Source: Nitratidesulfovibrio vulgaris str. Hildenborough (lineage in GTDB: Bacteria; Desulfobacterota; Desulfovibrionia; Desulfovibrionales; Desulfovibrionaceae). From it: a stretch of 32,000 bases of DNA. Below the pieces are notes generated by a model, which saw only the letters and a program-made list of their open reading frames with translations, was not told where the DNA came from and ran no database searches. The stretch spans positions 2,430,001-2,462,000 of the forward strand of contig NC_002937.3 in the NCBI RefSeq assembly GCF_000195755.1. Reading direction: 5' to 3'. Numbering within the stretch: position 1 is the first letter of the stretch; the number at the start of each line of letters is the position of its first letter. Shown here one piece after another: positions 26,522 through 32,000 of this stretch. The translations under genes were made by a program, and so were the position numbers.

Positions 26522-26537
26522 AGCAAGGGGTGTGCCA
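26522..26537 (-). promoter_or_regulatory. sigma54 (RpoN) -24/-12 promoter, exact consensus
   Basis: The minus strand reads TGGCAC(26537-26532)-ACCCC-TTGCT(26526-22), i.e. GG-N10-GC with full TGGCAC and TTGCW elements. It lies 118 bp from the start codon of a divergent sigma54 activator gene. Confidence 0.7.
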
Positions 26538-26601
26538 AGAAGCACCGCACACGCAGACGGCCTCAGCACTGCCTTTACGGAGAACGCACCACATCTTGAC
26601 A

Positions 26602-26631
26602 TTGACGACATGTCGTCATTAGCGATATATC
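26602..26631 (+). promoter_or_regulatory. Possible sigma70-type promoter of the EBP gene (TTGACG-N18-TATATC), overlapping the palindromes
   Basis: TTGACG 26602-26607, TATATC 26626-26631. The GGAG SD is at 26648-26651 and the ATG at 26656. Sequence match only. Confidence 0.3.
26603..26618. promoter_or_regulatory. Perfect 16-bp palindrome TGACGACATGTCGTCA; candidate enhancer (UAS) for the adjacent EBP
   Basis: Read directly. The centre is ~100 bp upstream of the predicted sigma54 TSS and ~45 bp upstream of the EBP start codon. A second perfect palindrome, CGATATATCG, lies at 26623-26632. Confidence 0.45.
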
Positions 26632-26655
26632 GTTACGAAATTTCGCGGAGAAACC

Positions 26656-28311
26656 ATGCTCCAACCCGGAAAATTCACACGCATCGCCCCGCATGTACTG
26701 CGCGAGTTCGACATCTCGCCCTTCTTCGACCTGTTGCTCAGCATGGCGCAAGAGCGCACCGTCGAAGGGCTGCTGCAACTCAGCACACGCGTCTACCGTG
26801 GCACGCATGTGGCCTGTGGCGGCGTATGGTTCACCGAGAAGGCCTCCGGCGACGACGGCGCGGGATGGGTGATGCGCCTCATGACCCTTGCGGGACGTAC
26901 ACACAGGCATCCTCGCACATGGACGCACACGGCAGGCGACTACTCGCTCATCCCCCCGCAGGAACCGCTTCTGGGGGCCGTGGCGTTGAGCGGCGAACCT
27001 CTGGTCGTCGCGTCCCCCGATGAATGGACGCGCCCGGAATGGGCCGTCGACGAAGGGTTCGCCGCCTATTCGGCCTTTCCCATGATGTGCAAGGGTGAAC
27101 TCGTGGGACTGCTCGCCCTCTTCTACGAGCGCCCCATGACGGACAGGCTGGGCGACCTGCTGTCCCTTCACTACAAGATGCACAAGATATATGCCGACTC
27201 GCTGGCAGCCGCCATCACCAATGCACGCGCCTTCGAGGAGATTCTGCACCTGCGCCGTGAACTCGAACGCGAGAACGAACGGTTGCGCCGTCAGGTCGAG
27301 CATGGAAGCGCAGACGGCAACCTGCCCATCGTGGGCGACTGCCCCGCATGGCTTCGCGTTCTGGCGCAGGTGGACATGGTGGCACCTACCGACGCCACAG
27401 TGCTGGTGCAGGGCGAATCGGGCACAGGCAAGGAGCTTGTGGCTGAAGCCATCCACCGACGCAGTCAGCGTTCCACAGCCCCACTTGTGCGCGTCAACTG
27501 TTCCGCCATCCCCCGCGAACTGTTCGAGAGCGAGTTCTTCGGCCACGTCAAAGGGGCCTTCACCGGGGCTGTGCGCGACCGCATAGGCCGTTTCCAGATG
27601 GCCGACGGTGGCACGCTGTTCCTCGACGAAGTGGGCGAGATTCCGCTTGAACTCCAGGGCAAACTCCTGCGCGTCCTGCAGGAGGGCACCTTCGAACGCG
27701 TCGGTGAAGACAGGACCCGCAGCGTCGACGTACGCATCATCGCCGCCACCAACCGTGACCTCCGGCAGGAGGTGGACGCCGGAAGGTTCAGGCAGGACCT
27801 GTTCTTTCGCCTTAGCGTCTTTCCGGTGGAATTGCCGCCCCTGCGCGACCGCCAGGGAGACATTCCGCTGCTGGCGCGCCACTTCATCGCCCAGTCCAGC
27901 CGCCGTCTCGGCCTGCCCACCCCCCGCCTCACCCCGGCAGCGCTGGCACGCCTTTCAGCCTATCCGTGGCCCGGAAACGTGCGCGAGATGCAGAACGTCA
28001 TCGAACGCGCCGTCATCATGGCAGAAGAGGGAGCGCTCGGCATGGATGCACTCCCCGCCCCCGAAGGGCTGCGGCACGACGACAGGGTGTCTGTCGCCGC
28101 CCCGGCACCCGGCGCGACGACCATCGTCACCGAAGAGGAGTGGCGCACCATGCAGCGCGACAATATCAGGCGCGCCCTGCAAGCCGCCGAAGGACGCGTG
28201 CATGGCGTGGGGGGGGCCGCTGAACTGCTTGGCATACCGCCGACCACGCTGCGTTCGCGAATGCAGGCGCTGGGGCTGTCTCCGAAACAGGGGCACGGCC
28301 CGAAAGGCTAG
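26656..28311 (+). CDS. sigma54-dependent transcriptional activator (bEBP): N-terminal GAF sensor, AAA+ sigma54-interaction domain, C-terminal Fis-type HTH
   Basis: 551 aa. GAF-like region up to ~aa 190. Walker A GESGTGKE, the sigma54-contact loop [23 protein letters not shown]-type ([10 protein letters not shown]), and the [30 protein letters not shown]. Confidence 0.9.
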   Translation: MLQPGKFTRIAPHVLREFDISPFFDLLLSMAQERTVEGLLQLSTRVYRGTHVACGGVWFTEKASGDDGAGWVMRLMTLAGRTHRHPRTWTHTAGDYSLIPPQEPLLGAVALSGEPLVVASPDEWTRPEWAVDEGFAAYSAFPMMCKGELVGLLALFYERPMTDRLGDLLSLHYKMHKIYADSLAAAITNARAFEEILHLRRELERENERLRRQVEHGSADGNLPIVGDCPAWLRVLAQVDMVAPTDATVLVQGESGTGKELVAEAIHRRSQRSTAPLVRVNCSAIPRELFESEFFGHVKGAFTGAVRDRIGRFQMADGGTLFLDEVGEIPLELQGKLLRVLQEGTFERVGEDRTRSVDVRIIAATNRDLRQEVDAGRFRQDLFFRLSVFPVELPPLRDRQGDIPLLARHFIAQSSRRLGLPTPRLTPAALARLSAYPWPGNVREMQNVIERAVIMAEEGALGMDALPAPEGLRHDDRVSVAAPAPGATTIVTEEEWRTMQRDNIRRALQAAEGRVHGVGGAAELLGIPPTTLRSRMQALGLSPKQGHGPKG

Positions 28312-28414
28312 CCGGACAGCCTTCTGCCGCCCTGCACGAAGGTTGTATAGATTGAACTGCCGGACTGGACAGAAGCCCCCGCCTCGACCACTATGGATAC
28401 GAGGAGAAGCAGCC

Positions 28415-29221
28415 ATGTCCGACACCCCGCCCATCATGCAGCCCGATGACACGCCAGACGAAACGTCCGGCGCGACGCACGACATCCCGGCAGATGAAGC
28501 CTTCGTCGTCGCCATCATCGCCGAAGACGCCGAAACGACGACCATCGTCATCGAACCCGCCAGCGCACAACGCCTGAAGGCGTTCCAGCCGGGGCAATTC
28601 GCCACGTTGCGCATCCTCGATGATGACGGCTGGAGTGTGCCCCACCCGTTCACGCTCTCCGGCGCACCGCATCAGGGGGTGCGACTGACCGTGCGCCACA
28701 GGGGCCATTTCACTTCGCAAGGAATTCCTCGACTCAGACCCGGCGACGCCATCAAATGCGCGGGGCCGTATGGCGTGTTCTGCCGCGACATCGCCGCCAA
28801 GGAAGACATCGTCCTCATCGCGGGGGGGATGGGCATCACTCCGTTCCTCAGCGTGTTGCGCCATTTCGCCCGTACGGGTGCGGACAACCGCATCACCCTC
28901 TTCTGGGCCAACCGCAACTTCGCCGGGGCCTTCGCCGCAGACGAACTTGCCGGCCTCACCCGCGCCCTGAACCTTCGCGTCGTCCATGTCCTCAGCCGCG
29001 AGACGAACCCAGACCTCAACAGCGACCCGGCGTTCCCTGCCGTGGCCTTCGAAAAAGGTCACATCGACAGTGACGTGGTGCAACGACACGTACCCCACGC
29101 CGCAACGGCGTCGTTCTACCTGTGTGCCCCGGCGGAGATGCGCCGTGCCGTGCTGGCGGAGTTGCAAGCCTGCGGTGTGGACATGTCGTGCGTGGAGTCG
29201 GAGGACTACACCTTCGCGTGA
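28415..29221 (+). CDS. FNR-like oxidoreductase (FAD-binding FR-type domain + NAD(P)-binding domain), no extra cofactor domain
   Basis: 268 aa from the ATG at 28415 (GAGGAG SD). FQPGQFATLRI, HPFTLS (RxYS-type flavin motif), LIAGGMGITPF (NAD(P) motif). The N-terminal ~30 aa are acidic. The long track ORF 27608..29221 overlaps the EBP gene upstream of this ATG and is discounted. Confidence 0.8.
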   Translation: MSDTPPIMQPDDTPDETSGATHDIPADEAFVVAIIAEDAETTTIVIEPASAQRLKAFQPGQFATLRILDDDGWSVPHPFTLSGAPHQGVRLTVRHRGHFTSQGIPRLRPGDAIKCAGPYGVFCRDIAAKEDIVLIAGGMGITPFLSVLRHFARTGADNRITLFWANRNFAGAFAADELAGLTRALNLRVVHVLSRETNPDLNSDPAFPAVAFEKGHIDSDVVQRHVPHAATASFYLCAPAEMRRAVLAELQACGVDMSCVESEDYTFA

Positions 29222-29444
29222 GACCTCGGCCCTGCACTACGTGCCACACGCGCCGCATACGGAACGCACAGGCGGGAGGTGAAGACGACACCGCCCCCCC
29301 GGAATCTCCGGGCGATGCGCATGGCAAGGGGCATGGTCGCCGCCTGTCTCATGCCATGTCAGCAGGCAGGCGCAGGCTTGTCGGGAAAGGCACGGACGTA
29401 CAGGGAGCTGACTCCATACCCGGCCCCCATGTTCAGGCCCTTTG

Positions 29445-30104
29445 TCAGATGCGAACAGGCACCCGCACCTCATCCACCACAGCGCGCAATGCACGGGTAG
29501 CCGCAAGCGGGTCGGCTGCGCCGCATATGGCCGAGACCACGGCGATGCCCTCGGCCCCGGCATGCAGCACTTCAGCGGCATTGACCGGGCCGATGCCACC
29601 TATCCCCACAAGGACGTGACGTGTCATGCGCCGCAGGCCGCACAGCCCCGCAACGCCCCACGGGGGCGCGGCATCGGGCTTCGTCGCCGTGGCGAAGACG
29701 GGGCTTACGCCAAGATAGTCCACCGGGGCATGTTCCGCTGCCTTCGCCTGCGCCGGGGTCTCCACTGAAAGGCCCACGATGGCATCCGGCCCCATCAGCG
29801 CCCGCACGTCACCAACGTGCATGTCTGACTGCCCCACATGCACCCCGTCGGCGCCGGCAGCCAAAGCCACATCGACCCTGTCGTTGATGAGCAAGGGGAT
29901 GCCGCGGGGACGCAGCAACGCCACCAGCGCACGGGCACGGTCGACGAAAGCCCGCGTGGGCGTGGCCTTCTCGCGCAGTTGCACGATGCCGACCCCGCCG
30001 GAGATGGCCGCGGTCACGACCTCATGCAGGCGGGCGTCGGTCAGCCCGGCGTCGGTCACGAGGTACAGCCCGTAGTCCACCGCGGCCTTGCGCACCCGTG
30101 TCAT
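29445..30104 (-). CDS. thiE: Thiamine-phosphate synthase
   Basis: 219 aa: LYLVTD, VQLREK, LLINDRVDVALAAGADGVHVGQSD, YLGVSPVFATATK, VGIGGI. The ATG overlaps the thiM stop (ATGA at 30101-30104). The track ORF extension to 30935 is a different frame of thiM. Confidence 0.9.
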   Translation of the reverse strand: MTRVRKAAVDYGLYLVTDAGLTDARLHEVVTAAISGGVGIVQLREKATPTRAFVDRARALVALLRPRGIPLLINDRVDVALAAGADGVHVGQSDMHVGDVRALMGPDAIVGLSVETPAQAKAAEHAPVDYLGVSPVFATATKPDAAPPWGVAGLCGLRRMTRHVLVGIGGIGPVNAAEVLHAGAEGIAVVSAICGAADPLAATRALRAVVDEVRVPVRI

Positions 30105-30904
30105 GCGCGCACCACTTCGACCTCGTCGCGCACCGTGACGAGGTCGAGGGAGTGAAGGACGTCGAGAAACGCCACCTGGAACGAACCCGGCCCCTGCGAC
30201 CGGCGCGCGGCCAGTGCCCCGGCGGCAGACATGGCCGCCATACCCGTGACGGCCCCTTCCAGCACGTCGGCGGCGACAGCCACATGTGCCGCCACCAGCA
30301 CGGTCGCCGTACAGCCCATGCCCGTCACGCGTGGCATCAGCGGACTGCCACCACGCACAAGCCACAGCGCATCGCCATCGGTCACCACGTCCTCGGCACC
30401 ACTGACCACGACCACGGCACCATAGCGACGTGCCAGTGCCCGCCCCCCGTCGACGGCCTCGTGCGCGGTGCGTGCACTGTCCACGCCTCGGGTGTCTCCG
30501 GCGGCCCCTGCCAGCGCGAGAATCTCCGACCCGTTGCCCCGCACCACGGCCGGACGCACCTTCTCCAGTATCTCCAGTGCCGTGGTCGTGCGCAGACTGC
30601 TGGCCCCCGCACCCACAGGGTCGAGTACCACAGGCAACCTGCGTTCGCGCGCGGCCATGCCCGCCAGCATCATGCTTTCCACCCACGGCTTCGTGAGCGT
30701 GCCGATGTTCAGGACGAGGGCCGAGGCGATGCCCGCCATCTCGGCCATCTCTTCGGGGGCATGGGCCATGATGGGCGACGCACCGGCGGCCAGCAGCGCA
30801 TTGGCCGTGGTGTTCATGACCACGAAGTTGGTGATGCTGTGGATGATGGGCGCACGTTGCCGCACTGCCGCGACGTTCTTCCACACCGTACCTGTCGAAA
30901 ACAT
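30101..30904 (-). CDS. thiM: Hydroxyethylthiazole kinase
   Basis: 267 aa: IHSITNFVVMNTTANALLAAGASPIMA, LVLNIGTL, VVLDPVGAGAS, VRGNGSEI, MPRVTGMGCT. GAGGAGG SD 6 nt before the ATG. Confidence 0.9.
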   Translation of the reverse strand: MFSTGTVWKNVAAVRQRAPIIHSITNFVVMNTTANALLAAGASPIMAHAPEEMAEMAGIASALVLNIGTLTKPWVESMMLAGMAARERRLPVVLDPVGAGASSLRTTTALEILEKVRPAVVRGNGSEILALAGAAGDTRGVDSARTAHEAVDGGRALARRYGAVVVVSGAEDVVTDGDALWLVRGGSPLMPRVTGMGCTATVLVAAHVAVAADVLEGAVTGMAAMSAAGALAARRSQGPGSFQVAFLDVLHSLDLVTVRDEVEVVRA

Positions 30905-31233
30905 GGGGTCCCTCCTCAGATGACAATGGCATCATAAAGGATAGCCATGTCGGTTTCCTGCGTCCATATCCTGCGAGGCAGGTCTTGTAGCCCTGTATCA
31001 GACAGACGTCCTGCCGGGCGCCGTCTGCGACAATGGGCGCGGCAACAACAGTCCCTCGTCATGCCCCGTAAGGTGTCGGGCTTCGAACCGCCGAGGCATG
31101 ACGCGGCCCTGCGGCTTCCGGTGAACCAGCGACACGACCAGCCTACGGCAAAGGGCCGGGATGAACCCGGCCCTGATCATGCTACGATACCCTTCCGCCC
31201 CGGCAAACCGGGGACGATGCACCGGACGGCATG

Positions 31234-32000
31234 CTAACGCGCAAGCTCTTCGGTGAGGCACGCGCCGAGGCGCGCGATGCCCTCGACGATGTCGTCCTGA
31301 CTGGCGTTGGAGAAGTTGAGGCGGAAGCCGGTGTCGGTGCCGTCCACATAGAACGGACAACCGGGCACGAAGGCCACCTTGCGCTCGATGGCCTTGTGGA
31401 ACAGATGCTCAGAGGTCACGCCTTCGGGCAGACCGCACCACAGGAACATGCCGCCCTCGGGTTCCGTCACGGTGACGCATTCGGGGAAATGCTTGCGGAT
31501 GGCGTCCATCATGCACTGGCGCTGCGCCCCGTAGCGTTTGCGAATCGAGGCGATGTGCTCGTCCACGTCGTTGTCCACGAGGAAGCGATGCAGCAGACGC
31601 TGCGTGAACATGGGGGTATGCAGGTCGCTTGCCTGCTTGGCGGTGACCATGTGCCGCATGAGTTCGGCAGGGGCACAGGCCCACCCGATGCGCAGCCCCG
31701 GCGAGACCACCTTGGAGAACGAACCGAGCAGCACCGAAGGCGACTCGGCCCACTTGCGGATGGGCGCCACCGGCGTACCCATGAAGCGCAGTTCGCCATA
31801 GGGATTGTCCTCGACGAGCATACAGCCCGTCTCGGCCATGATGGCGGCCACTTCGCGGCGGGTCGGCTCATCGTAGGTGATGCCGGAAGGGTTCTGGAAG
31901 CTTGGCACGGCATAGAACAGCCGGGCACCCTTGGCCTCACGGCGCAGGGCCTCGACATCGACGCCGAGGGGCGTGAGGTCTACGGTACGGAATTGCGCGC
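31234..32000 (-). CDS. Class I/II PLP-dependent aminotransferase, C-terminal ~255 codons (5' end lies beyond the right edge)
   Basis: The frame stays open upstream of the track start (..LRREAKGARLFYAVPSFQNPSG). Motifs YxxPxFQNPxG, the PLP-lysine region GSFSKVVSPGLRIGW, and FVPG. Stop TAG at 31234-31236. Confidence 0.85.
   Translation of the reverse strand, partial: AQFRTVDLTPLGVDVEALRREAKGARLFYAVPSFQNPSGITYDEPTRREVAAIMAETGCMLVEDNPYGELRFMGTPVAPIRKWAESPSVLLGSFSKVVSPGLRIGWACAPAELMRHMVTAKQASDLHTPMFTQRLLHRFLVDNDVDEHIASIRKRYGAQRQCMMDAIRKHFPECVTVTEPEGGMFLWCGLPEGVTSEHLFHKAIERKVAFVPGCPFYVDGTDTGFRLNFSNASQDDIVEGIARLGACLTEELAR

Noticed and set aside
28332-28347. sigma54-like element CTGCAC-GAAGG-TTGTA upstream of the FNR-like oxidoreductase gene, at a sensible distance (~70 nt) from its ATG.
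   Set aside because: Both invariant dinucleotides are broken (TG instead of GG at -24, GT instead of GC at -12). The spacing is right, but I would not call a promoter on this. It is worth re-testing only if the EBP is shown to control this gene.
30961-31020. THI-box look-alike on the minus strand (GCCC-hairpin-CUGAUACA-GGGC ... GACCUG...GCAGGAAAC).
   Set aside because: The near-invariant CUGAGA is CUGAUA, the P2 polarity is inverted relative to the GGGG/ACCC consensus, and the P4/P5 consensus (CCUGAUCNGG..UAAU..CCNGCG) is absent. I kept it only as part of the 'no canonical riboswitch' observation.
31058-31102. GGTTCGAAGCC motif resembling a tRNA T-arm in the thiM leader (minus strand).
   Set aside because: The flanks do not form a 5-bp T-stem (GGCGG versus CCCGA). 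No acceptor, D or anticodon arms can be built. It is just the interior of a hairpin.
1-32000. Mobile elements, prophage genes, CRISPR arrays, toxin-antitoxin pairs, rRNA/tRNA genes.
   Set aside because: None recognised. No transposase, integrase or Cas-like ORFs. No regularly spaced direct repeats beyond the short arrays reported. Intergenic regions are short apart from those discussed. This rests on visual inspection only, so tRNAscan-SE, Infernal and ISfinder-type searches would be the proper check.

Overview
High-G+C chromosomal core region with strong GC3 codon bias. Gene content looks deltaproteobacterial and Desulfovibrio-like, but that organism call is my inference from memory, not a search result. 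I can support about 27 protein-coding genes. On the minus strand: a cell-envelope cluster (EnvC-like M23 protein, CtpA protease, YibQ-like deacetylase), an endonuclease III-like gene, prmA, a four-gene polar amino-acid ABC transporter, a small Gly/Ala/Ser-rich protein in a gene-poor stretch with lower G+C, then argD and dut. On the plus strand: an alpha-glucan phosphorylase and trmFO. Next comes an isolated cluster of three family-2 glycosyltransferases, two of them head-to-head paralogues. The rest is a SpoU-type methyltransferase, an ArsB/NhaD-type permease, a stand-alone HDOD protein, a GAF-type sigma54 enhancer-binding protein (EBP), an FNR-like FAD/NAD(P) oxidoreductase, thiM-thiE, and a partial class I/II aminotransferase. 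I recognised no rRNA, tRNA, CRISPR array, transposase, integrase or phage gene. The best candidate for something new is in the 546-bp HDOD/EBP intergenic region. An exact sigma54 -24/-12 promoter there (TGGCAC-N5-TTGCT, minus strand) has no ORF behind it and is followed about 85-125 nt later by a canonical intrinsic terminator. A perfect 16-bp palindrome sits about 100 bp upstream, next to the EBP gene. Together these predict a self-contained EBP-dependent small RNA of about 125 nt with two C-rich (CCCUC) loops. Secondary observations are the orphan glycosyltransferase trio with helical non-catalytic domains, a triple-hairpin block after argD, short repeat arrays in two promoter regions, and a thiM leader with no canonical THI box that I can see. 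All coordinates and motifs were read by eye from the sequence and ORF track. Family assignments rest on recognised motifs, not on searches.
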